Shown piece by piece: positions 32,701 through 43,859 of a DNA stretch of 64,000 bases (positions are counted from its first letter, which is position 1; each line of letters starts with the position of its first letter). Both the position numbers and the translations under genes were made by a program. Location: positions 70,742,001 through 70,806,000 of the forward strand of contig NC_045705.1 in assembly GCF_009834535.1 (NCBI RefSeq), read 5' to 3'. The notes beneath the pieces are model-generated. The model was not told the origin of the DNA. It did not search any database and saw nothing but the letters and a program-made list of their open reading frames with translations. The DNA comes from Camelus ferus (lineage: Eukaryota).

Positions 32701-35700
32701 TAGATGTCTCCCACGTCCACCCCATCTCCCCACCCAGAGCTGGGAGGAGAGGTCAACTCCAGAAAGAATGTTTGGGGGTAGGGGGTGGTCAGGGGTCTGG
32801 GAGCCGTGGAGATAGCAAACAGAAAAACAGGGTGTGGGGGTGGCCGGCCCACCCCTCCCTCCCGCACTGTTGTTTCTGGCCTCGGAGCCAGAACAGCGCG
32901 GCAGATTCCTTCGAAAGTGGAGGTCGGCAGAAGGGCCCCTCCATCGCCCCCACAGCAGAGCATGGAGCCCCCACCCCTCGGGTCCTCAGCTTACCCCCGA
33001 GGCAGCCCGCCAGCCCCACCCACCTCAGCTCAAAGCCCCCGCCTCCTACTACCTGCTGCTGTCGGGAGCTGACCCACAGACCCCCAAGATTGTCTCCAAA
33101 AGTCCCTGGAGGGGTCACTGAGGCTGCTCCCAGGAGCTGGGCTAGTGCGGTCACCCCACCGTCCCCACCCTCCAAGGCACTAGGCTGAGACACGGGGTCT
33201 TGGGGCCACCACTGGGCCCTCAGGATGGGGGTAGACGTGGGTGCTGTCTTGCAGGCTCCCTTCACCCAGAGATGCTCACAGGTGTGGCCCCAGGCAGCCG
33301 GCCCCTGGGTCCAGGTCACAGGATCGTTCCCAGCCACACCTGGCCCTGCGCTTTGCCAGGGACAAAGGTGGACCTCCAGGTCCCTAGCCCATGGGTCCAG
33401 AGCCCGTGAGCTACTAGGTGCCCCCCACCCCACACCGCAGCCCCACATGCACCAGGCTGCTGGACCATCAGAACCTCATGGGGTGTTGGGGGGGGTGAGG
33501 GGCCACATTCCACCGTCCTCACTCTGACCCCCTTCCCAGCCCATCTGTGTTTTTGGAAAACAGAGCCGGCACCCCGGCAGCCCTGCCAGCTTGTGGCCGT
33601 TCACACAGCGTCTCAAAGCATACGTTTGTCTTCTTCAAAGTCCAGCCTCACTTCAGGACTTGGCCCCAACCCAGCCCGGCCTCCCTCGAGGTACCGGCCT
33701 GCCCCTCCTGCATCCAAGGCCCACTGGCTGTGGGACCTTGGAAATTCCCTTCCCTCTCCGGCCTCGGGTTCTGGGCTCTGGGTCGCATGTGGTGACTCAG
33801 TGGGCAGACAGCAGAGCTGGGAGGAGGTGAACCTCAGGCCCAAGCTCATGGCTCTGGCCTCCCCGGCCTCCCCTGGCCCTCCATGGCACCCCCGAGTCTG
33901 ACAAGCTCAGCCTGTCCAAAGAAAGCTCCGAGGGGCAGGGGCACGGAGAGGATAGAAGGTGGCCTTCCTCCCTTGAGGCCTAGACAGTGGGTCTGTCCTT
34001 GGTCACCTGCTGGGGGTGCTTCCACCACCCAGGTCCAGCTGTGGACAAGGACAGGGCAGAAAGGCCAGGCTCCCTGCGGGAGGAAGAGCCACCTGAGAAA
34101 CAGGAGAAGGGAGGGCTGGCAGTGCTGCAGAGGTCAGAGGAGGTCAGAACAGGCAGGCTGGGAGGCTTCCTGGAGGAGGTGTCCTGTGTCCCCACACAGG
34201 GGCCTCAACTTTAGGGTCAAGCCCACATCTGGCTGTCACCGCCGAGGGTGCAGACCAAGCCCAGGGATTGCTGCAGGTCAGATATAGCCTGTGCCACCCT
34301 CCCTGGAGCCACAGTGGGGACATGTTCACACAGAGACAGCGTCCTCCAGGCCCTGGCCAGAAAGAAGGTGTAGCAACCCCTCTGGAGGACACAATGGGCC
34401 AAGTCCTGTGGGGCCCTCACCTCCTCAGACACCGTCAGTGTGCGGGGGCCAGCGGGGGTGTCCACCCTGGGCTGGAGCCGGGCTGAAGGGTGAGAGCCAG
34501 TGGGCCGAGCAGCTGGGGCTTGGGTTCTTGCTCCGCTGCCCATGGCTGTGTGGCCTTGGGAAAGTTGCTCAACATCTCTGCGCCTTAGTTCCTTCCAGGA
34601 GACACCTTGACTTGGCGGCTGAGGGTCCACTAGGGTGATGTGTGTGCGTGGGGAGTCCCCACCCAGGCCTGTTGCCATGGTGTCTGCATCATCCTCTGTG
34701 CGCGGGGCATGTAGATGAGGGCGGCTGAGGGAGGGCTGTGGGCCTTGGGCACTTCCTGCGCCTTCTTGCTTGGTGTCTCTGGTAAGCCGCTCACCCTCTC
34801 TAGGCCTCAGTGCCTGGGACAGCTCGGTAGGTCTGTGTCTCCGCTGGGCAGTGAAGACAGGGCACAGCTGACAGGCCTTCCATGGCAAAGCAGCAGACCC
34901 CACCATTACCGGGGTGGACAGTGGGCATGTCGGGGGGCCTTGCTGGAAGGACCAGCTCCCCAAGAAGGGAGGCCCAGGGCTGGGGTCACAGAGGGCTCAC
35001 ACGTCTTGAAGTGAAGCTGAGGGCAGGACTGGGGAAGGAATGTGCAAGACCCAGGGGACCCAGGGCGTCCCATGTGCCCCAGGGCTGGGGTGAGGTTCCC
35101 CACCTGGCTGGTCTCCCTCTCCCCAAACTCCAGAGTCCTCTCAGGTGGGATGGAGGGGCCCAGCTGCCAGCCACTGGGGCTGGAAAGAATGTTTGCGTGC
35201 CATTGGCGGGGGAGCCGGGGGCAGAGATACCTTCACGTGTGTTAGCACGCGGTCTGTGCGGGCGCTGGCCTGCAGGTTCCCAGGCCCCAGCACGTGGAGC
35301 CTGTAATGTCAGAGGCACGTGGAGGCCTGGGGTGACCAGGCTGTCCCGGGGCCATCGGCAGAGCGGGATTTGAGCTGCACCAGCCTCCTGCCCACTCGCC
35401 TCCCCGTCTGAATACACTGCAGTGTGTGCACGCAGAATGAACCCCTCGGTCCTCCCGCTGAGAACTTGCGGCCTCACCCTGGGCTCTCAGACCGCCTGCG
35501 CGGAGGTGGCTGGGCGATACGAGATGGTGCGGGGCTCTCGGGGCGATGGGTGTGCTCAGGATCGGGGTTCTGGTACCTCCTCTTCTGCTCTCCCAAGTTT
35601 GTAAAGTGGTCCTAATGGCAATACTGATTTCTGGAAAAGCCAAGGCTGCCACTGCACTTCTCCACGTGGCCACAAGGTGGCGGGCTCGGGTCAGATTTAG

Positions 35701-38700
35701 AAAACCCTTCCCAGGAGCTGGTGTGTCTTTTGCACCAGATTCAGCGCCCCTGCTGGTCTCAGGGATCTTGCTTCCGGGCAGGGGTCCCCACATTCTGCTC
35801 CAGAGCCCCTCAGTAATACGTCTGACTTTATTCTAATATAAACACAATACAGCTTTCTCTAATTCTCAGAACACAGCAGATGCTTCAGGAAGGCGCCCTA
35901 GGTTTACTCTGTGCTTTGGGGACCCACCTCGCCACACCCCTGGGGTCAGGAGCCCCCAAGGGGAAGAATTTCCTTAGGCGTCCGTCCACCATCAGTTCTG
36001 TAATGCCAGGGTGGGGGCAGATGACAGCCTCGGACCCGACTGCAAAGGTGCAGAGCCTACCCGCCCCCCGCAGTGGAGGCGCCCCCTTTAGGGGGGATGT
36101 TGTCGCCCCCCCCACCACCGCCCTCTCCCCAGGGTGTCCCAAATTGCCTCTTCTAAGACCTTCCAGCTGTGCGCTGTAATCCTAGGAGTGGACACCAGGT
36201 GTCAGCACGAGGCCACTGAAGCCGCCGAGAGCTGGAAATCCAGAGTGCGGGGGCATTCCTCAGGGTATGTCAAGGCTCTCCTGCATAAATGAGAATCTGG
36301 CCCGAACCCCAGGGCGGGATACTCCTCCTCCAGGCCTAAGAGGCAGTGAGGTTTATGTAATGAGGTGTCACTCAGTCCTGCCCCCCAACTTTTTCCCTTC
36401 CCTCCCATTACACTGTGTCCCCTGCAGGTCCTGTGTCCCAGCCACGGACAGCAGTGAAGTGCAGTGCTGAGAGTCACAGTCCCCAAGCCCCCAGTAGGCT
36501 CCAGTCCCGCCTCACTGGCATCAGGGGTCCTCTCCACCCCGACTCCTTGTCTCTGTTCCCCTTCCTTTGTTTAAACACTCTGGGTTTCAAGATTCTGACG
36601 GAGGGGGTGAGGGGTGCAGCTCAGTGGTAGAGCACGTGCTTGCTGCGCACAGGGTCCTGGGTGCAATCCCCAGTGCCTCTGTTAAGGCACAAATGAAAAC
36701 TTTTAATGGAAAAAAAAAAAAAGATTCCCATGAAATCAAATGGACCTACACTGGCATGAGCCCCCTTTTGAGCTGTGCCAGAAATGGGGCACCAGACAGG
36801 GCAGAGTTTGACTCAGCACACTGTTTTGCGGGTGGGGAGCCCCACACTTCCAAGAGCTTGATCTGTGGGTTGGAAAGGCTGCTTCCCTTTCGGTCTCACG
36901 GCTGCCCACCTGCTCAGCTGGAGGGCCCCCGTCAGTGGAGTCCCGCCCAACCCTGTCGTCTGGATGAGGTCAGAGCTTTATCCTCCACAGCCTCACCTGG
37001 AGCTTGGGCAGTCCCAGCTGAGGTTCCCAGTAGGGACCTGGGCCCGGCTCTTTGTAACGCCTAGGCAGCGTCTTGCTGTGGATGCCAAGGTGGCAGCGCA
37101 GGCCATGAGCCCAGAGCAGAGGCAGAGCCAGCACGAGCAGGCGCCTGCTGCACCCGGGAGCTGTGGGCTGCCTCACGCCGACTCCCCTCCGTGCACCCTG
37201 GACCTGACTGGGAGGCTTTGCATCCCTTGGTCCCTCCCACCCAGGAGCCAGGGAGGAGCCCCACCTGCCCTGCTCCCAGAGGCTGGTCTGGCTCTGTGGC
37301 ATCTGCATGCCGTTCAGGACACCCATACCAGATCGGAGTCTCCTCCCTCTGAGAGCCCTGCTCTCCCACCAGGCGTCCTGTCCCTCCAGCTAAGGAAGGA
37401 CGTGCAGGTGAGGGCTTAAAAGACAAAAGCAGAGGGGAGCATTAGACCCCAACACAGCCTGGGAAGCTTGGTAAGGTAAACGTGCTGGGGCACAGAGGCA
37501 CGGGGAGGGTGGGGACTGGTGGCCTGCTGGCAGCTGCGCCTGTCTGTGCCTCTTCGTGAGCCTTGGCTCTGCCTCCTGCTCTTACTTGCAGGCTCCGGGA
37601 TGAGGTGCAAACTCCCAGGGAAACTGAGTTTCATCAGGCAGCACCCGAACCTGGGCCTCCCCCTCGGTGCTGACGCCTCTGAGTCTATGCCTTGATTAGA
37701 GTCTCACCTGAGCTCAAAAGGCTGTGAACCCAGTCATCTTACCCAGGAGTGCCGTTTGCTGCTGCCCTCTCAGTGCCCAGCACCCACACGCACTGGGGGG
37801 TGACAGTGGGTGTCACTAGTGAAGGAGGACACTCCCAGGCGAGCCGCCGGCCTCGGGAAGAAGAGCAGATGCGAGCGTGCTGAGTTGCAGCTGCGCTGAT
37901 GCCCCTGGAGAAAGGTTTTTCTGACCATTCTCGAACCCTGTTTCTTTCCCCGTTATGCCCGCCCCCATTTTACCCGTGCCACGCCCACCGGCACGCCAGG
38001 GTGTCAAGTGACCGCCAGGTGTCAATCCAGTGAGGCCCCGCCCACCCCCACCCCCCACAGGGCCGCACCTCCCAGCTGGCAGGGCGTGCTTCCGGCTGGT
38101 GCCCACGCCCACACAGCCTTCCCGCCGGGCAGGGGTGGGCCGGGCCTCCGCCCCCTGACGCCGCCGTGCCGGCGTGGAAGGCGCCCCAGGCAGCTGCCCC
38201 GGCAGCCCCGGCACCGCCGGGTTGGCTCACAGCGACCCAAATTTGGAGGGGCTCGAGGCAAGGCGCGGAGGGGATGAGGAGGTGAGAGGCAAAACTATGA
38301 TTTCAGCCGGCGTTTGGGCAGGGGCCGTGCTCAGTGGTGGAGGCGCTCCTGCTTCTGGGGGCTGCTATAATGCGTGCTCTAAAAGCGCCCTTCCCCATCT
38401 CTCCAGCCTCAGCCTCGTCCCCGCCCTCCTCCGCCTCCTCCGCGTCAGCTCGGCTGGAGGCTCTGGACACCACAGCCAGAGCACCCCCTGCTTTGGCGGC
38501 GACTGCTAATTTTGGCCCAGCCAGCGGGCCACCGGCCCGGCAGTTTCGGCAGAGAGCCTGGGGCACCAGTGACTCCCCAGTCCTCTTCATCCACCGCCCG
38601 GGAGCTTCGGGGACCACGCAGCGACTAGAGTACAGGTACCTGGGCTCCCCCCCTTCACGTGCCCCCACCTGTGTGTGAGCAATGCCACATTCTCAGGGTG

Positions 38701-40097
38701 CAGGTGTGGGTGGGCTGGGGGCTTGGGGCAGCTGGCAGGAGTGGGGGGGACCTCTGCTGTCAGGGTCCTGGGCGAGCTTCCACTTTGGAGGGGACAGGAA
38801 AGACAGGTGGGCAGAGGACCCTTCTACAGAGCTGCCCAGAGCCACAGAGGCTTTGGCAGGGAGAAGAGGTTTTCCTTCACTAGTCTGTCCGGCAAAATGG
38901 GAGGGGCAGGGGTGGAGCGGAGGGCTGCTGCTCTCAGCAGCAGGACATGGCTGTTTGTGACAATGCAAAAGACACAGGGTTTTTCTGGGTAAGAAGTTCC
39001 CTCTTGCGGCGTGCCCCCCCCCAATCCCAACCACAGACAAACACGAGACTGTGCAGAGGGGCCAGGGCCCCGAGATTCTGAAGCAGCTTTTTTCTTTATA
39101 CCATTTATAAAGTAAAGCTTCTCTGTCCCCACTGTCTACACCCCCCAACCACCACCAGAGAATCCCACCAAGTAGCTGGAAAGGAGGCTGGGAAGGACAA
39201 CGCAGGGAAGCAGCCCCTTGGTACCCACAGCAGGCCCCCTCCTGACGGTGCGCGCTGGCCTCCTGCGCCGACCCCGCCAGCCCCACCACCTGGGCACTGA
39301 GTGCCGGGCAAGGGCAGTTTCTCCAGGGGGCGTTATTTTGTCATGAAGTTTCTCTCCTTCCACACAGGGCCGCAGACTCCTCCATCCACCCAGTGTTGCA
39401 TTTGTGGGGAAGGGGTTCCCTTCCCCAGAGAAGCCCAGCCTCCCCCACCTTCAGCTGCCTTCTCAGTGCTGAGCTGTGCCCTTTGGTTGGTGCCCGGCCC
39501 CTCCTTGCTTCTGTTCAAGGGGGGGATGTTGTGGGGTGGGGTGGAGGGGAGGATGTCTGCACTGTGTGCTGTCACCCCCCAGACGAGCTGTTTGTGGGCA
39601 GCCTTCAGCCCCCATGCCCAGGCAGAAGTCCACCCTGGCCAGGAAGGGGCAGCCCGTCCAACAGAAAGGTCTCTGGCTGCCCCACGGGCATCTCTGCAGG
39701 CGTGGCTGCTGGAAAGCCCAGCTCTGGGTGAACTGTGGGCACCTTCCTCCTTCCTCTGTACTTAAAAAAGGGAGAGCCATGCAGACGGAGGGACAGAAGG
39801 GGAGCCACCACCCAAACCCTGACAAGGTGACCTGCGAGCCTCTCCACCCAACAGCCAGGGGAGGGGCCAGGGACCAAGGCTCTGGTTTGGGGGAAGGATT
39901 GTTTTAAAAGAGATCATCTTAGGAACATCTTTTGGCTTCTCCCCAGGGGCCGAAGAGTCACTGCTGAGCTCGAGGAAGAGGAGGGGGACTCCAGTCCCCA
40001 GCCCCAGGGCCCCACACCGCGTCTGGCCCAGCCCCCAGCCAAGGCTGCCCCCCAGCCTGAGCCCCAGCCTGAGCCCCAGTCGGCCAGAGCTGCCTGA
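28931..40097 (+). CDS. INS-IGF2: predicted INS-IGF2 read-through ORF, 188 aa
   Basis: join(28931-29117,38407-38635,39947-40097) is in frame. The translation after the insulin B chain (ASASSPPSS...[11 protein letters not shown]...[19 protein letters not shown]...[12 protein letters not shown]) resembles human INS-IGF2 as recalled. No transcript evidence is available here. Confidence 0.45.
29817..29822 (+). terminator. INS: INS polyadenylation signal AATAAA
   Basis: AATAAA 48 nt after the INS stop codon. Confidence 0.92.
34540..34595 (+). mobile_element. MIR SINE core fragment
   Basis: ggctgtgtggccttgggaaagttgctcaacatctctgcgccttagttcc vs MIR gctgtgtgaccttgggcaagttacttaacctctctgtgcctcagtttcc. 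Confidence 0.7.
35652..35683 (+). promoter_or_regulatory. candidate CTCF site with upstream (U) motif
   Basis: Core CCACAAGGTGGCGG (35670-35683) matches CCASYAGRKGGCRS at 13/14, with a TGCAC upstream motif at 35653-35657. It lies between INS and IGF2 exon 2, where a CTCF/cohesin site is known in human. Confidence 0.5.
36601..36722 (+). mobile_element. vic-1-type camelid tRNA-derived SINE
   Basis: ggggtgcagctcagtggtagagcacgtgcttgctgcgcacagggtcctgggtgcaatccccagtgcctc plus an A-rich tail; A box about 36617, B box about 36659; AAGATTC at both ends (36589, 36721) as a possible target-site duplication. Confidence 0.85.
38150..38406 (+). promoter_or_regulatory. IGF2: IGF2 P0 region / 5' extension of exon 2 (DMR0 neighbourhood)
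   Basis: ccaaatttggaggggctc...ggggatgaggaggtgag...tttcag...tgctcag...ctctaaaagcgcccttc resembles the recalled 5' end of human P0 transcripts; boundaries approximate. Confidence 0.55.
38407..38635 (+). other. IGF2: IGF2 leader exon 2 (P1/P0 transcripts; first IGF2-derived exon of INS-IGF2)
   Basis: Acceptor ctctccag|CCTCAG, donor GTACAG|gtacct; the translation is homologous to the human INS-IGF2 segment. Confidence 0.85.
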
Positions 40098-40198
40098 GAT
40101 CCGAGCCCTGAGGTGAGCTGCTGCGGCCTGTGGCCCAGACGACCCCCATCTGCTCAGAACTGAGGCCAGCAGCCAGCCGCAGCCCCTGCCCCATGCAG
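39947..40198 (+). other. IGF2: IGF2 leader exon 3
   Basis: Acceptor ttctccccag|GGGCCGAAGAGTCAC, donor CCATGCAG|gtgagt; contains [12 protein letters not shown]-coding sequence as in human exon 3. Confidence 0.85.
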
Positions 40199-43100
40199 GT
40201 GAGTGTCTCCAGCCTCCCGGGGCAGGACCCAGTGTACAAGAGCAGGCTGTGTACAGGGGCCTGTTCTCCTCTGGTGCTTAGAGCTCTGGGCAGTTGCAGC
40301 CCCCAACCCCTCTTTCACAAGGAGAGGTGACCCAGTGGGGCTGGGGATGTGTTCAGAGTCACACAACTGGAATCTGGGATTCAGGGTCTGCTCCTGGGGC
40401 CTCTCTTCCTGGGGGCTCAGGTGTGGGCAGAGCAGGCTCCCTGCAGTCCGGGCAGCAGCGCTGAGGTCCTCAGAGGGGAGCTCCTGGTGGAGGAAGCCAG
40501 AGGAACGGGGAGGGGAGCAGGGGAGACGGCCGGGTCAAGGTGAGGACAGAGCTGGAGGAAGGGGAAAGAGGACGGAAAACTTGTAAGTCATAAATCCAGG
40601 AGGAACTGGGGAAAGCTGGCTCAGCTGGGCACGTGAGACCTGGTCCTCCCTGCCCTGGGCTGCGGGCTGTGGGGCCTCCCACTGGTGGTTTGGCATCTCA
40701 GTGTTCCCAAGTGTCGAACTGGGTGACAGTTGCATCCCTCCTGGAGGCTCTGGACAGTGAGAAGTGAGGTAATGACCAAGGCTGGGGACGCACCTGAGCT
40801 CTACAGAGGGCCTTAGGAGCGCCGGTGTCACGATCCCATCGCGTTCGAGGCCGGCAGGGCTTCCTGTGTGTGAGTGTGGGCCGGAGGGTGGGGGGCACTA
40901 GAAAGGCCCCGGGGCCAGGGCCTCCTGGGATGCTTCTGGGGCAAGTTTCCCGGTGGCGGCCGGCCAGCTGACGGAGCAGGTACTGGGACGGGGGCACAGG
41001 CTGGCTGCCCCAGAGGGGTGCTTGCTCCGGGGTCTTGGAGAGCTTTGGCGGTGGAGGTGGGTGGGTCTGTGTTCTTGTGCCGTGCCCACTCTTCCGGGAC
41101 TGCAGTGGGGGACCCCGCACGTGCAGAGAGAGACAAACCAAGAACGGTTTTAAAGGTGTCTTCAGTTCAGACACTGCATAGAACAGTCCAACGGGGGTGC
41201 CGGGTCCGTGCAGGGAGCGCCCGCTCAGCCCCTGCCCCGGGGCCCCCACCCGATCCACACGTACTTCTGACTTTTGGTTCGTTGCTCAGGGGCCTCTGGT
41301 GCCTTGTGATGTCGGGTCCTGGCGTCCTGGCTGGGGCTGCCGCGGAGTGGGGGTCCCTTTGGGAGCTGAACGCAAGGTTTTTGCCTCAGCGGCCGGGCGC
41401 CCTGCGGTGGGGGGCGGGCGAGAAGGGGGCACTCAGGGGACTCCCGGAGCATGGAGCCTGGTTTGTAAAATGCTGGGCTTGGTCCCAGGGACGGGGGGAG
41501 CGGCCAGCTCAGAGCCAGAGCTGGGGGAGGAAACCCGGGAACGGGAAAGGCCGGCTGCGGGGCGGGCGGGAGCGAGGGAACCGGCGCGGCTGGAGCCTCG
41601 GAGCCGCAGGGCCTGGGCGCTGGGGCCAGGCTTGCTGGGGTGAGTCTGAGTACTTGGGGGGGATGATTGTTCTCTTTGGAATATGGGTGTGCAGATCCAG
41701 AGGCGAGGCTGGTGCCGCCTCAGGCCGGAGCAGGGTGGGGTGGGGAGGGTGGCACTTGGGGCTGAAGGTCCTGCCTGCCAAGACCTGCGCAGGGGGAGAT
41801 CCCAGCCACACAACATGCAGGGGTCGCTGGCAGGTCCCTTCCTACCGTGGGGGGCCAGAAGGCAGGGAGACCCAGGCCGCTAGTCCTGGCCGGGGGTGGC
41901 CAGTGCCCTTTTTGAGCCCTACAGTGACCCGGATCTGCCCGACAACCCTGCCCCTTTAGCTGAATTTGTGACTAAATAAGGTGAGGGTTCAGGGCAGCCT
42001 CCAGCTCAGGGAGGAAGTGCATGGGGGCCCCCTCTCCCTGCTGGCCCAGCCTGGCACCCCAACGTGGCCTCAGCCTTCCTACCTCCAAGGTCCAAGCGCG
42101 TGTCTCCAAGCACTGGCAGAAGCTTCTCCAGGGCTGGTGCCTGCTTGGGGCAGAAAGCAGGGGAGGGGTTCCCAAGATGGCCACTGGCAGGAGTGCCTGG
42201 GCAGCCCCAGACAGGGGGAGAGCCCATCCCCGGCCTGGGAAGCAGGCCTGCAGGAGAGGTGGGACCCCAGAGCAGGGCCAAGGGAAGCAGAGGCCCTCCT
42301 CCAGGACGTGAAATCCGCTCTGGGGCCCCAGGGAACCAGGGTCAGCAGACAAGTACTTTGTAAATCCTCGACACCCCCAAATTTACAAGTTGCCACGGAG
42401 TGGGGAGCAACCTCAATGCAGCCAGGCTTCTGTGCTGGAGGCTCCCTCCCGGCCCTCCTTGCTATAGGCACACAGGCCTGAAAGCCAGGGACGCAGGGGA
42501 CTGCAGAAGGCTGGTGGAGAGGGGAAGGGGGGCAGTGATGGGTGGGGGGAGACAGGCCAGATGTTCTTGGAATGGGACACGGGGGTGATTGATGCGGACT
42601 GGAATTTGAAGGGGGAACATTGCCCACGTGCCTTGGGCTCCGGGTGGAAAACAGGCTGTTTTTCATGGAAGGGGGGGTCTCCTGGTCTTGCCAAGCTAAT
42701 GTGAAAGGGAGGCCTCAGCCCTGCCGGGTCCCTACACCTGTCCAATGGTATTAACCCCTGCCTTACTAGAGTGCCAGGCTTTGGGGTGCCCCCCCAGCTA
42801 GCTGGGGTCCCTTTGGGGTGACTAGTGGGGACAAGTGATGTCCAGTGTACTGGCCCTGAGGCCCCTCCATCCTGCTGTCCCCAGCAGCACCACCCTCTCT
42901 GGCCGCCCCCCAACGCAGATGCCCCTGGGGTGGCTGCCCCCCACCCCCACAGTGGCCCAGTTCCGGGGGCGGAGGGGTGACTCTTCCTGCCAGCAGTGCC
43001 TGGGGTCTGTGTAGGGTTCAGTATTTGCCTTGAAGGAACTAAGCTTTCACTGCCAGGAGAGGGAGGCTTTTCCTGAAAATTCTCTTTCCGAAAACGAAAG

Positions 43101-43229
43101 GAGACCCCTGCCCCCCCCCCCCCAGTCACCGTGCAGTCCTGCCCCCACCCCTCTCCCCTACGCCTCTCCCTCCCCCAGCGATTCCACACTCCCGAGGGGC
43201 CAAAACAAAATTGCTTTCGCCCCGTTTGG

Positions 43230-43800
43230 GGGCTGGTTAAGGCCGGAACAGCGCTCGTGGAGCGCCGGGGCGAGCGGGGGTGGCCGCCGGGGGTGCTCCC
43301 GGGTCCCCAGACCGAGCTGAGGACGAGCCTGCCCGCGGCGGCGGCCCGGCCGCGGCTTCGCCTAGGCTCGCGGCGCGGGAGCGCGCGGGGCGCGGCGGCG
43401 GCGGGGGGCCCGCGGGCCTCCTCGGAGACGGCCGGGCGGGGGGGCCCGGAGCCCCGGGAGCGCCCGGGGAGCAGCGCCCCGGCCGCTCCCTCGCCGCGCT
43501 CGGGTTTCCCCCTTCCACCCCGACGCCGCCGCTCCTTCTGCACCGAAGCGCTCTCCGTGGCGAGGAGGCAAACGCGGGCGACGCGCTCTGCCACCCGGGG
43601 TGGGCGGCTGGGGCGCCCCCGGGACCGCGCGCCACCTGCCCGCGCCGCCCGCACACCCGCCCCGGAGCCGCCGCAGCCGCCGCCGCCGCCGCGCCGCCTG
43701 CGCTCGCCGCCCCCCGGGGAGGGCGCCACTGCGCCAGCCGCGCCTCCCTTCCCGGGCCCGGGAGCTCAGCCTCCGCCATCCCCAGGGCCCCGACCCACCG
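43230..43800. promoter_or_regulatory. IGF2 intron 3 CpG island
   Basis: Very high CpG density (cgcggcggcggcccggccgcgg...); boundaries approximate. Confidence 0.85.
43356..43382 (+). promoter_or_regulatory. ZBED6 repressor site (equivalent of pig IGF2 intron3-3072), wild-type G at 43370
   Basis: cttcgcctaggctcGcggcgcgggagc, 3172 nt into intron 3; matches the pig QTN oligo CTTCGCCTAGGCTCGCAGCGCGGGAGC at all but one base. Confidence 0.92.
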
Positions 43801-43859
43801 AGCGACTGCCCGGCTCTTCCCAAACGCAGACCGTATTTTTTTCTGGGGTCTTCCAAATG

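Noticed and set aside
35742-35758. CTCF-like motif on the minus strand (ccagcaggggcgc)
   Set aside because: One G short of the core spacing.
36611-36685. tRNA-like sequence
   Set aside because: It has a degenerate B box, no clean cloverleaf, an A-rich tail and a TSD-like flank, so it is a SINE and not a tRNA gene.
40095-40097. TGA as selenocysteine or programmed readthrough
   Set aside because: I saw no SECIS-like hairpin, and the TGA-G context is not the leaky TGA-CTAG type; retained only as a testable option.
42792-42807. 16-bp palindrome ccccagctagctgggg
   Set aside because: Isolated and low-complexity, with no context to support a function.
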